64,000 nucleotides of DNA from Octopus sinensis (lineage: Eukaryota), in the NCBI RefSeq assembly GCF_006345805.1, contig NC_042998.1:123566001-123630000 (forward strand), written 5' to 3'. Of the stretch, positions 41,113-55,389 are shown piece after piece. The stretch's first letter is position 1; the number at the start of each line of letters is the position of its first letter. The notes below the pieces were generated by a model. The model was not told where the DNA came from. It did no database searches and saw nothing but the letters and a program-made list of their open reading frames with translations. Made by a program: the position numbers and the translations under genes.

Positions 41113-43554
41113 TCACCATACGTATAAAGATGACTGATAAAATAACTTTGCATTTGCAGAATATACTAAAATAAGAAATTAAGAAAAAAGTAATCAAAAA
41201 TCCTAGTGTGCGAAATTTTATGATGACCGTAAAGCAAATTAACCAACTACTGTCTATCAAAGAAAAGGTGCTGTAGCATTTCTACGGACTTCCCGCCTTA
41301 GTAAGAACAATGATGATGTTTGTTTTTTTTTAAGCATAAGACTAGCAATTTTGTAGGATGAACATATTCGATACCATAGACCCCCAGTACTTGATTAATA
41401 ATGTATTTTGGCAACCCAGAAAGAAAACTCTTTCTGGAACCATAATCATGACAGTCAAATCTTTTACAGCACTATTATTACTGAAATGAACATCACAGAC
41501 ATCAATGTTTTAACGAGATTATTAACATGGTCATTGCAAATACTAGAAACATTATAATAATTACGGCCGTTACCGTAACTGATACTATATTCCATTTGGG
41601 GGCAATGGAAGAGGTTAATACGGTTGCATTCGATGTCATCATGCGCAAATAAGTAATAGCATAAAATTGTAAGTGGTGATTTAAACTCTTCTATCTTAAC
41701 ATATTTATTTAGGCCCGGGTCACCGATGATTACACAGAGACATAACCAGTGGCATTCTGCTGGTGACGTGATTTGCTTTTATGACGCAGTCTAATGTATT
41801 TTGCTTAACTGTTAAAACGGTGGGGTGATTTTGTTTTAAATATTTCGCCAACATTTCTGGCAGGCTGAACAGCCACTTATTAGTACCCTCATTTTATGTA
41901 CTGGAATATGTTTTACTTTCAGCGTTGTGTCATGCGTGATTGTAGCAAATAATTATAAACGTATCAATATACGTAAAATTTAAAGTTTTGTCAAATATGA
42001 ATTAGTTTTATCATTATCGTTACCACCAACACCATCCTACTCAACGTCATCATCAAAATCAACATACTAATAATTATTATATTATTCAAAATCCTCATTA
42101 TTCTCACTAGTGATAGTAAATTGAAGAGACTGTTCCTTTATCCATATATCGATAACGATTTTCTTCACCACAAACCCCAACGCATTCAGCTGTTCAGGAT
42201 CGATCTAGCATTATTTTCAACACCAATCATATTGAATCCTTGAAATCGTGACAATTCACATGTAAATTTTGCAGAAGAGATGTATGTATATTATGTATAA
42301 TTTACATGATTAGATATGTCACTAATGGATAATATTCGGAATGTTTTATTTCATTTCTATGACTGGTGTAAATGAATATTTGACATCAATGAAACTAAGC
42401 GCTATATTTTGATGCTAAATCTTTAAAATTTCGATAAATATTATTAAATAAAAGAAGTTAATCATCTGAGGTAATATTTTACATCATGAAATTTGGAAAT
42501 TTCAAAAGCAAGTATATCAACAAAATATTATGGAAAATATTATTGAAGCTGATATATACAATTATCTTTAATTAGCATGAATTAGTTAAAAATTGTAATA
42601 AATTAAGCCGAAGATGTATGATAATTACTGAAAATTCTATTCGGCATTTTCTAACAGGATGGAGTTTTTTCTAACTGACAGAAAACGGAAGCCTTGTTTT
42701 TTTTTTATTTCCTATAGTGGCTATCTTGTCAAATATGACACAAAATTTGTTATACTCTATGATTTTGGCAAAAATTATATTAATGAGAAGTTGTCTAGAG
42801 AAACTGAGTCCACAAATACACAAACACAAACATTCACGCACGTATATATGTTTATATATATGTGTGTGTGTGCGCGCGCGAGTTCGTGTGTGTTGTGTGT
42901 ATGTGTGTGCATCATTACTAGTGACGTAGGCAGTATTAGTTCAAATCAATATTCTGTATAACATATGTAAAGCAGGTGTACTGCTGAAATCCTAAAAACT
43001 GCCTTATTCTTCTCGAGAAATGAAACATCTCATAAAGTTGTGTATAGTTATAGCAGAGGGATATATCAGCAGCAAGTGAAGAGCTTCTATAAACGGTGGT
43101 GGAATTGTTGAATACATATTTCTACTTCTTTGCGGGTCATCAGTAGCAAGCATCTACTGATTTTTATCATCATACGTTATCATTATACAAGAACCTTTCT
43201 CGAGATGAACACGACGGTTTTCAGACTTCGAAGAGTATATCTGGATTACGTATGATATATTGAATGATATTTTGAAATAATACTGCATCAAACACTAATA
43301 ACGAATTTGTATCCTGCCTGTAGGCTACTTGCAAAATTGTCACATTTGTCAATCGTATTTGTCGATATTACTATATAATAAATTTCTCTTCTCAAGCGCC
43401 TAATTGTAGACGCTTGCTACAGAAGACGCTCAACGAAGCAGAATTGCGTATTTAAGATTTTCACAACCATCTCAACAAGATTTATACGTGCTATTGATGT
43501 ATTTCTATGTTTTTAAAGTCATACGTCTATACGGCAGCTGTCAGGTGTTCAAAG

Positions 43555-43645
43555 AAATACTTTTTCTATTCCTGGGCGTTATACTAATACATCTGTTTGT
43601 TCTGTACACCACCTGTCTTCGTCCTTTGTTTTTTTCGTAAATTCT

Positions 43646-43649
<4 letters not shown>
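43555..43649 (+). mobile_element. Second partial copy of the 29128-29301 repeat
   Basis: acttttt ctattcctg(a/g)gcgttatactaatacatctgtttg...aaattctccc(TA)n. Confidence 0.8.
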
Positions 43650-43731
<82 letters not shown>

Positions 43732-43849
43732 ATATATATATATATATGTATATATATACAGTCACACACGCGCACATACACAAACACACACACACACTCA
43801 CACACACACAAACACGAAAGTGAGCTAAAACGTCATAGCTTCCCTATGA

Positions 43850-44330
43850 AGGAGTAATGCGAGAGCTTCTAAATTTTGCATGCATTAATTTAAACTCTTG
43901 TCTCTAACTGCACTGTCTGTTTATCTAGGTAAACTTATATCTGACCATTGTAAGAAGTAACAAGTAGCGAGTGTCTTGTTTCGTCTATACTCAAATTCTT
44001 GATTTCAGTGGCTGCTGTCCGTGACTGTAAATTTGCACTGGTTGATCCCTCTCCGTCTTCTCCTGGCTTAGCCCCATTTGACTATCATCTGTTACCCAAT
44101 GTGAAAAACTAATTGCCTGTATCGTAGTGATGATGACGTCATAGCTACCGTCGATGATTCTTTGTACCAACAGGATTGAAGATTATTCACCAATTGGATC
44201 CAAGAACTGAAAATCCAATGGAAGAAGTGTATGGACCGCAAAGGGGACAATGTTGGAAAATAGACATCATTTGGTCACATTCCATGAGGTATCTTTATTA
44301 GCTTATGAAATATTCAGCTGACACTCGCAT
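43850..44330 (+). mobile_element. Internally deleted mariner, same family as 33273-35265
   Basis: PSSPGLAPFDYHLLP; the 3' end catttggtcacattccat..ctgacactcg matches the reverse complement of 33273-33335. Confidence 0.75.
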
Positions 44331-47259
44331 ACATATGAATATATATATATATATATATATGTAATACATATATATATATAATACATACACACACACACGT
44401 ACACACTCACACACACACACACACACACACATACACACACACACACGCACACACATACACACACACACGCAAGTATGTACTTACCACGTATTCAATTTAT
44501 ATTAAACCTGATATTTCGTGCTATCGTCGTTTATTTCAAAATTGCTATTTCGCTTAGATATTTGATTTTAATTGGTGACATTATAACCAATTTCATGAAC
44601 AATAACATTAGCCATAATGTCTTTATTTTCAATGTATCACTATCATTGCTATTATACTTGTAAGAATTATGACAATGTTGCTGTTTTAATTGTGTCTTCG
44701 TCAGACTTTTTGGTCATCATCGTTATGATATCATCCCTATTATCATCATCATCATCAAAATTGACATCATCGTTGTTGTCGCTGTCATAATCGTCATTGT
44801 TATAGTCCAGTCTAAATCAATTATATTAACTGCGACTGTCGGGAGTAACTCAAGATGTTTTCACTAAATTATACGAGTGCCTGTAAAATTTCACAATAAT
44901 AGAAATATGTTCATCAGGCGCACTTTCCTTATTGTCAATGTAGGTTTATGAAATATACAGCTATCTTGACGCCCATCTTCTTTTCCGAAGCTTCAACGCG
45001 ATAACAATTCGAAAAGTTTCCACATTGATTCTGTTGAAGGGAAACAATAATCGGAAGTTTCAGAACATTTCAAGAAATTGCCCGAATTTGAAAGCAAAAA
45101 TGTTTGTACCACAGATTAGATGATGAGAATATTTAAATTGTTTGTAACTTGTGTCTCGATGATCCTGCAAGAGCGTCCAGTTATGGATATTCGACGAAGC
45201 AGTTTCTATGGAGCAGTAGCAATAACAAGACTTAGAGGCCATGGGGTTTGTATCATAAAAGTTATAAATGATGGGATTTATAGCTTTATGTGAGTATTAT
45301 CAAAGTCTATCTCTTCGCAACCAAACTATTATTTACTCGTATACTCAGTCTTACTATACGGACGTACTCCAAGAAACTTGAACCTTATAAATATGGATGA
45401 AAATATACCAGGAAATAAATATCACTGCAATTAGTTTGCTCTTAGCGTAATCTAAAACCATATGTGGATGTTTACTTGATAGATGTACACTTTTATTACG
45501 AATTGAAGAGACCTTGGCTTCTAAATGATATATTCCATAACGACAAACAGACTAAAAGATTTTTCGAGGTTGCTATCGTCTCAGTTATGTACCTTATATT
45601 TCCACATCTACATAATATCCAATAATTGTCTACCCACTTCTATCTCATCTGAAGTAATTCAAATACTTTAGAAAGCAAATAACATCTCTTCTCTGGATTA
45701 AGTATCATTCGTTCTATAAAAATAATGCTTCTTTTTCTTACAAAGTTGCATTGCAGTTATTTATATTTGGTGTCTACAAATATAATAATTGCACCAGTTT
45801 GGTATTGATACATAATTGGAATTATTTAACCAGATCTATAAATTTTATACTGAATAGAAGCCTTACTTCAAAGACATGAATCCGAAATATCTTTGTCAGT
45901 TTTATATAACGCATATCCATTATTAATTTTATCTCTGTGTCCACGCTCTCAATTCTCATCATATCATTATCATTGTTATCATGAAATTTTTACTAAAGAC
46001 TTCCAAGGAAATAGTATACTTATACTTATCTGATAAACTGATGTCTAAGTTGTATCACTTTATGTATGTGGGATATTATGTCTTTGACAAAGTATGTAAG
46101 CTGTCGCCATTATTAGGAATAAAGTATCGGAGCAAGAATAAAGGAAATACATAACCTTGATGTTTTCCGATATCTTGTTAAAGATGGAGAGATTAAATAA
46201 TATACGGGAGTCTGAAGAAAATATACACAATGTATCAGTAAATACCTATAATATGTAGATTTAGTCACTCGATTACACCTATACCATCATCACTTTTTCC
46301 GACAAGATTGTCTCTCTCCGCTTTACATTGATGGAATTATTAATTTTTGGAATTTGATTAAGTGATTATGTTTCAAATATCAATCATTTAAGATGAATAT
46401 TTATACAACAAAAATTTAGAGAGTCAATTATTTGATAATTAATCAGAGAATTCCTTCAATGAATGCTTGGTTGTATCGAATCTGCATTCAAATGAATGAG
46501 TGATATAGTAAGTTTTTCTTTCATTTTTCGACATTTCCTAGAGGCAATATCGACATAAGTAGCATGAAACTGTTCCAACATAAATCGAAACTATAGTGGT
46601 AATTGATTCAATGATTACATATCTTCAGTTGAAGGGCGTACCACGTTTCAAGTATACATTGGTTTGTTATAATGTATTTGTATAATTGTGCAAATAATTA
46701 TATACTATACACTCTTTAGAAAGCAAATAAAATCTTTCCTCTGGAATATAGCCAATTTTGCTTTCTGATTTTTCTTCACAACCTGATACTTAATATCAAT
46801 ATATAAATGTTCCTACGATGATTTATTAAACAGAGACCAGCATTGTTTCTCTGTTTGGGAAATATACACAAAACAGCTGCATTTTGGTGTGCTGTGAAAG
46901 GGATTTGACACTAAAGGCTTTCGTGAAGTTTTTCGAAACATAGTCTTTACACTGTAAACATTTGCAGCTACCAAACTATAGTCTGTGTTTGTATGTTTTG
47001 TTATTTGTTATATATTCTCTTCTGATTTATGTCGACGCAAACCATCCCTCACTAACCAAATTTTAATGCGTGTAATATTTTCCATGCATGGTACGAGACC
47101 ACAGGATTTTATAGGTATCGGTTTTCTATAGAACGAATGGGTAAAAATACACTGGAAACAGACACAGAAAATCATTCCATATATTTACTACAGAACAAAT
47201 CGTGATTTTTTTATTATGTCCGTACGTGCTTCGGAAACAGTATCTATCATCGTTTCTTT

Positions 47260-47747
47260 TATACTATAAAGTATATAAATGTTTTTAGAAGCTAACATCA
47301 CGTTCTAGTGCGTTCGTAGTGCGCTTTTATTTCTACAGATACTCTATAGAAATCACCAGAACTGATTCTTGCTACTGCATTTCGTATACGAGACCTCAAA
47401 TGTAAACAAACAATGCGATCGAATATGACAAGTGTAATAGGCGTAAATTTCATATTTCGAGGGTTTTGCCCCTTCATCAAGATCCATCTAATCCACTAAT
47501 CATCTTCGAAAACATTGCTTAAATGGCCACCACACATATACGCCCATTACCCATTTTTATCCTCGATCTCATTGTTTGTTTACATCTGATATCTCGTATG
47601 CGAAACCCAGTAGCAAAAGTCAGGGCTGACTATAATTTCTATTGAATATCTGTAGCAATAACCTTAAAAAATAATGTAAAAGCGCACTACTAATGCAGTA
47701 GAACGTGGTGTTGACTTATAAAAACACTTAATATACTTTCTATTATA
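47260..47747. repeat. Long imperfect inverted repeat (about 490 nt hairpin)
   Basis: Arms align along most of their length, e.g. tgtaaacaaacaatgcgatcga / tcgatctcattgtttgtttaca and tagtgcgctttta / taaaagcgcacta. Confidence 0.85.
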
Positions 47748-49043
47748 TTATGGTTACATAACGTAATAAAACATAACTACAAATCATTTTACAAATCATT
47801 TTACTCATAATTGTGTTGAGTAGTATAGCTACTCAATAATTTCGTTGAATATAACAACACAAGAATATATTCCAACATCAAAAATTCTATATAGCAAATA
47901 GGATAAATCATATATATTTTTATTTTTATTTAGCGTTCTGTGTTTCACACTCAAGTCCTTGTAACAAAAGGAAAGACAAAAAGGAACAACGCTTCAGATT
48001 AAGTAGAATGCTAGTTTTATTTAGAACGTGACCGTAAAAAGCAAGAGATAAACTACTGTATACATATGGTGTACTAGTGATGCAACATTACTGACGGAAT
48101 GCAAAATATTATTTGTTCAGTCTGTTTGCATGTAACCTATCGACTTATTGAGCTTCGGTGAAGTAGATTCCGTTCTGCGAAATTAGCAGTTACCTACCGG
48201 AGAAATAACAGTCACTTAAGAAAAGCATGAAGTCAGAGACGGTTTGAATATATTCATTAGCATATATGAAATTAAAAAGATATTCGATACGATTTCATAT
48301 TTTAAAATGCTTAATAAATAGAAATTTAATCTTGTTTTGAATTTATCGTGCAAGCAAGCCACAGAAATTATTGTAGTTAAGAGTCGAGAAACCGAATGCA
48401 ATACATTTCTGCTTGCTTTTTTTTCGAATTTATATCAAGATCTCTAACGTCAGTTCCTTAGAACCAAAGAGTGAGAGAGTAAATAGGATTGCATGATATA
48501 AACAACATTACAAAACTAATGATGAAACCTGAATTCTCAACTTCGGTATTAAGAAGCTGGGTATAACGTCCTTCACAAATCTTTAAAAAATGAAATACAC
48601 GTTGGTCGATTCCTCAACTTCTAGCCTACATTGGTTTACTAGCTTCTTTACAATATGTTTTTGCGATAATGTATATGATTTAATATCTTCTAAGGATCAT
48701 TAAAACACATTCATCTCTCAAATGATTAATCTTACAAGAGGTTCCATATCAGTATAAACCAGTGAATACAGTGAAGCAATATATAATGCTAAATTTCTCT
48801 CGCGGGTAACATAATTTAAATTTATAGGTAAATTTCCGAATTATGATGGTAGGGATATACAGTCCTAGCGGGTACAATATTGATTTTTACTGGTTAATAA
48901 TGCTGGTTAACCTTCGTGGGTGTAGATAAGTTCCAGTTAGTTTATTTTACTATCCTCAGTAGATTTTCACATCGGTAAATCCATATGTCTCTATAGGGAT
49001 TGCACGTTTTGGATAGAGAAGAAGTAATAACTTAATACTAAGG

Positions 49044-49217
49044 AGAACAGAGACATATATCCAGTTTTATTCTGCAGTCAATCACGTCTTTCCATTTCTG
49101 TACCTACATATGTTTCTGCTGCAGTGTGCACAATAATACACCAGAAACATATGTCAGTACAGAGAAGAGCGATGTAATTGACTGCCGAATAAAACTAGAT
49201 ATGTAAATCTCTGTTCT
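49044..49217. repeat. Imperfect hairpin, ~75 bp arms, 23 nt loop
   Basis: agttttattctgcagtcaat / attgactgccgaataaaact and acatatgtttctg / cagaaacatatgt. Confidence 0.88.
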
Positions 49218-49272
49218 TATTATAAATTATATATATGTATACACACGCACACACATACACACACACACACAC

Positions 49273-49325
<53 letters not shown>

Positions 49326-50800
49326 TCCAATACGACAATAACGATTTTTTTTGAAATTTCTATCGGTTTGTTTGGAGACGTATAAATTATAATGGTTAAT
49401 TGACATTTTTTGTCTTTTTTTCGGCATATTTGGCATTAGAATTTGTCTTTTGCCCTTATATTGTAAATTATTTATAAATTTAACCTTTAAAGATATTTTT
49501 TGATATGCTGGCCATTGATGAAATTTTTTTCCCGAAAAACATTTTACCCTACCTTAGTTATATATATATATATATCATATATTAATGTTACATTTTTCAT
49601 GCCTCAAAAATTGTTGCTAGAAATCAGCGTACAGAGTTATGTCTATATTTGTGCCTGACAGTTTGTCTGCCTAACTGCCTATGTATGCATGTATATATGT
49701 ATGTATGTATGTATCTATGTATGTATGTATATATGTATGTAGTATGTATGTATGCATGTATGTATGCACGTATGTATGTATGCATGTATGCATGAATGTA
49801 TCCATGTATCTTTCTATCTATCTACCCATCTATCTATCTAATACATGTATGTATGTACATAAACCTACGTTATAGACATAAAAACATGGCAAATTTAATC
49901 ACGCCCGTAGATTGAAAAAATGAATATCTCGAATCACTTTTCAAGCATTAGTGGGTCCTCATCAGAAGTGTCTACATGAATTCCAGAGAAAAAATCAGGT
50001 TATCTGTTTATATATGCAGCAAATCCAGTAGCTTCAGAGAACAGGAAGCAATAATCATTTGGTGGTGATCTCAATGAACTTGGCAATCGACTCATTGGTG
50101 CTCCAGTATGCATTCTTCTGACTGAGTGCTCCGGAGGAATACTGACGAATATTCCGAGTGTATCATTGAGACAATAGGTCAATTAGTGCAATCCGAATTG
50201 GTTTAAAGATATTAGGCACACTACAACTCCAATTTCTGTAAACAACACGTAGTGAAGAAATGTAATAAAGGTAAATGAATAGACAGCCCCCGGTTTATAG
50301 AATGCTACATAAGTTTCCATAGCAAGGTAATTTATTTGCAAATGATATATTTCATAATTTGAAGTGATATTACATACTCGTCATGAATCATGGACATGAT
50401 TGATTAGTCTTTAAACTATTCGATCCCGTTAAATACGAGGATGATGATGCACTAATCACCCTAGCTGTAGCAGGGGGCTAAATTAAAAGTACAGGCATTC
50501 AGCTAGTGTCTTCACAACAATAACAGTTTACTCCATAGAAATAAGACTGGCTTGTATCTTCAAGTAATAAGAGTTCTGACAGAGTTATATGGCAAGTAAT
50601 TTATAATCTAGATTACATTCTTGGAGGTAAGATTTCATGCTACAAGCAAATATCATATCAATAAAAATTGGAATACAAAGTAAAGATATAAACCGAAAAT
50701 TAGTAAAAGAAAATAACTGAATAAATACGTTCATAATTTCTTTTTAAAAGCATACAAAGGTAAAAATATGGAAATCAAATTAAAATCAATAATGATGATG

Positions 50801-50839
<39 letters not shown>

Positions 50840-52202
50840 TTAGTTGCAAATTTTGGTACAAGATCAGCAATTTCAGATTACATCAACATCAGCACTCTTC
50901 GAAAGTGTGAAATGCTACCAAATATTTTGTCTGGCGTGCTAACGATTCTGCCAGCTTGCCAGTCATAGGAGAAGATGTACAGTTAGTAGAAACAGACATT
51001 GTTTGTGAAGTGTATATATTCACAAATGCTACTGTAGAAACAAGCACACACAGTTGCAAGTTCTTGCAAACGTATATGCACAAAAGACACACTAGAGCAA
51101 TCTACCGAAGTACTGGTACGCGCCGATAAAGCTGGAAATTTCATTAATATAAAAGTAGAAAACTATAAGTACTTTATTTTGAGAGAGTTCCAGTAATTCT
51201 TCTACAACGTATGTTGTAATTCTACTTGTAAATGCTAGTAACATTGGGCCAATATGTATACCAATGTATAAATTCTGTTCTTTATTATATACCTGTATCT
51301 GTATGGGGTTATATCTCTGTATACTTTCATAGTTACCATTAGAATCCTGAACCTTATCCTGATGATAATAATAATTATAATAACAATCATGATAATAATA
51401 AAGTCTGATGGTGATGTTAGTGAGGATGTGTAAATGGTTGAAGAGGAAAATGATGGTTAGAAAGCATGAACAAATTATGAAAAGTTTACCATGATCGTCA
51501 GCACCACTGCTGCCAATTAATAAGATAATTAACAATTACATAATAGCCTTGATCAACAGTAGCATCATCATCACTGTCATCATAGAAGTAGCAGCAGCAG
51601 TACTGCAGCCACCATTATAATAGGCACCATCACAACTGCTATTGTGGTTATTACCAGTGTTTTGGTCCATCTTCATACAGATGAATATTATCTCTAGTGT
51701 TTTGCATGGAGCTGTTAGATAAACATCGGTCGATCAGTATATATGATGTAGTTCGATAATGTCAATATTGCCGAGGAAGCTGTTAATGTTGTTTATGTAG
51801 AACTAAATCATTAACTAATCGGATGCCTGGATTTATGTGTTCAACAAATGTAATTACGCATATGCTTTGCTCTCTCAAAGCTCACTAGGTTTCCAAACCC
51901 AATTTCACTTCAAAAGGATATATTATCAAAGAGACGAAGCTTTATTCTAATAGTGGATGTGTTGGGGGTATCCTTAGATGTTGAAATGAATCTAATTTAA
52001 ATTCATAGTTCAACTGATACTAAGTTAACAGATTGGTAACAATGATATCAGCAAATCGTTATATCAAGGTCAGTTTGAATCAATTCTATGAGTTATGCAT
52101 CACTCTGGTGGTTGTTTCTCGCATTCTGAGGATGTTTGAATATGAGATCACACTTACCGAGAGTAATAAAAAGATAAAAAGAGAGAAATGAAAATTAAAT
52201 GA

Positions 52203-52251
<49 letters not shown>

Positions 52252-52450
52252 TAAGACACTACAAAATCTAGAAAGACATATAGAGAGAAAGAAAGAGACT
52301 GCACTATCCTCAATAAAATCCTTTGCATTTCAGTTCTAAAAGTTCGTTGTGATTTAAGTGTAAATTTTTATAAGTATCACAATCACTGACCAAATCTTGA
52401 TATATGTTCAGGCAGCACATATGCATATCGTGCGTGTGTGTGTATGCAAG

Positions 52451-52493
<43 letters not shown>

Positions 52494-53159
52494 GTATATA
52501 TATATATGTGTGTGTGTGTCTGTATGTGTACTTGTGCGAACGTGCTATCTCTATGATAGCATGTTTTACATTTATTTGATATCATTTGTTCATACAGTGC
52601 TATAGTGCGTATACAAATATACATATACCATGCATGTGGGAATCCCGTTGGCAAGATATACAACAGCAACAGTAGAAGACGAAAAGCAGAAGCATATCAA
52701 CGGAAAATGTGTATCGTTTGCATATATCTAATGTACAGATATATAACGAAATACATTATATAACGGAATATATTTTGTATGTAGCAGTACAAAATGAATG
52801 TAAAGCGAAGCAAACCGGTATATAGATAGCTATATAATAAAGCTCAACATCTGTGCATCTGTACATGTATAGGGCAAAAGGGAATAGAAGGTACATAAAC
52901 ATAAAGATAAAGTACTTATTATCATGTAAAATTTGATGAGAAAGACGATGAGCGACATAAAATTTACTTTCCATTACGATTAAGGAGCTTAAAGTGGGAC
53001 AGACACCTGTGAAATTTCAAGCATCTCCGATTTCAATGCAAATAACAACATAACTACTAGATACTAAATAAAGACGATTTCCAAAATTTAACCATCTTAC
53101 AATATTATTTAATATATTTTCTTGGAATAAGTGTACTACAAAACTTCAACAATGCATAT

Positions 53160-53660
53160 CTCATGTATATATATATATACATGTATGTATATATATATAT
53201 AAATAAATAAATGTATATATGTATATATGTGTGTGTGTGTGTGTGAGTCTGTATATATATATATATAATATATATAATATATATATATATAAAAAAAAAT
53301 ATATATACACACATGTATATATATTTACATATATATAGATGTATAATGTATATATACATGCGTATATATATATATATGTGTGTATATATATGTATACATG
53401 TATATATATATGTAGATATACATATAGATATATATATACGTATATAGATATGTATATATATGTATACATGTATATATATATATGTAGATATACATATAGA
53501 TATATATATACGTATATAGATATGTATATATATATGTATATATATATATATATTTACATATATATACATATACATATATAGATATGTATATATACTATAT
53601 ATACATATACATGTATGTATATATATATACATGAATATATAAGTATACATATACATACAT
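53160..53660. repeat. Degenerate (TA)n low-complexity tract with ~70 bp higher-order repeats
   Basis: tatgtagatatacatatagatatatatatacgtatatagatatg occurs twice. Confidence 0.9.
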
Positions 53661-53691
53661 GCGTATTTTTATTCCTGCATATTATACATAT

Positions 53692-53714
53692 AAGCCCGTC
53701 GTATATATGTATAT

Positions 53715-53748
<34 letters not shown>

Positions 53749-53915
53749 ATTTGTGTGCCTGTGTTTGTCGCCCCAAAATCGCTTGTCAACCGATGCTTGT
53801 GTGTTTACCTCCCCGTAACTAGCGAATAAGTCCTGGGGTAGTTTTGCTCGACTAAAGGTGGAGCTCCAGCATCGCCGCAGTCAAATGACTGAAACAAGTA
53901 AAAGAATAAAAGAAT
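53692..53915 (+). mobile_element. Partial SINE (3' half, internal deletion)
   Basis: aagcccgtcgtata...gaataagtcctgggg...gactgaaacaagtaaaaga. Confidence 0.85.
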
Positions 53916-54338
53916 ATGTATATATACATACATGCAAGTACATACCTACATATATATGTATATACACATGCATATATGGGTACAGGATGTCAAAAACCAT
54001 GATAGAATATGAAAAACGTTAACATGCAAAACAAAAAGATGAAAAACGACCTTTTTTTCCAACCACGAAAGAAACAAATAGAGAAATGAGGCAGGCAACA
54101 TAAAGAACGATCCTTTCATCAGTTCCCTGTTTTATCTAATCCACATTTTGAACGTTAGGACAAGCTGCGGCTTCGCCAAAGCAGTCGTTCTTTCGTTGTT
54201 GGAAAAAAGTTCGTTTTCGATATTTCTTCTCGTTTTTCATGTTGCTCACGTTTTTGACACCCTGTGCCCATGTATGCATGTGTATATACACATATATGTA
54301 GGTATGTACATGTAGTTATGTATATATGCATATATATA
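53916..54338. repeat. Inverted repeat, ~155 bp arms, ~115 bp spacer
   Basis: gtacatacctacatatat..catgcatatatgggtacaggatgtcaaaaac vs gtttttgacaccctgtgcccatgtatgcatg..atatatgtaggtatgtac. Confidence 0.8.
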
Positions 54339-54455
54339 TATTATTTATCTTATTATATGATCAAACGCCACGCATCCCTTTCTAAGTTCTATCTATCTAT
54401 CTATCGAGCTAGCTAGCTAGCTATGTATATATATATATATCTGTCTGTCTGCCTG

Positions 54456-54519
<64 letters not shown>

Positions 54520-54532
54520 CCTACATATATAT

Positions 54533-54565
<33 letters not shown>

Positions 54566-54569
54566 TTAT

Positions 54570-54792
54570 ACTCTTTACTCTTTTACTCTTTTACTTGTTT
54601 CACTCATTTGATTGTAGCCATCCTGGAGCACCGCCATTAGTCGAGTAAATCGACCCCAGAACCTATTCTTTGTAAGCCTAGTACTTATTTTATCGGTCTC
54701 TTTTGCCGTTACGGGGATGTAAACACACCACCATCGGTTGTCAAGCGATGTTGGGTGGGAGGACAAACACAGACACACAAACGTGTACACAC

Positions 54793-54861
<69 letters not shown>

Positions 54862-55023
54862 GACGAGCTTCTTTCAGTTTCCGTCTACCAAATCCACTCG
54901 CAAGGCTTTGGTCGGCCCGAGGCTATAGTAGAAGACACTTGCCCAAGATGCCATGAAGTGGGACTGAACCCAGAACCATGTGGTTCGTAACCAAGCTACT
55001 TACCACACAGCCACGCCTACGCC
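54570..55023 (-). mobile_element. Full-length tRNA-derived SINE
   Basis: Reverse-complement homolog of 19062-19539 including the A/B boxes. Confidence 0.92.
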
Positions 55024-55283
55024 ATATATTTAATGAAAGTAGAAAATATAGAAATATTGATGAATAACAATTGGCTTACATTGTTGATCATCAATAATTC
55101 TCCATTTTCTATTTTCTTTAAATTTTTATTCTTGATAAACTCATCTATATCTTTGTCTTTACATATAATTTATGAGCATAATATGCATGCATATGTGTGA
55201 ACATGGTTAAACATAGGTAATTTACCGGTAGCATAATGGATACTTTTATTCCTTAGGCGGTTATTTTAACCCCTAACGGAGCG

Positions 55284-55389
<106 letters not shown>

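Noticed and set aside
48529-48580. Candidate 52 nt minus-strand exon (ICEGRYTQLLNTEVENS) with AG/GT borders
   Set aside because: Weak AAG acceptor and GTTTCA donor, no partner exons, no recognisable homology; needs RNA-seq.
44900-49000. Possible long single-exon host gene in repeat-poor DNA
   Set aside because: Stops in all frames; longest ORFs are about 60 aa.
54100-54130. Minus-strand ctgatga in the inverted-repeat spacer
   Set aside because: No downstream GAAA or NUH in the right geometry.
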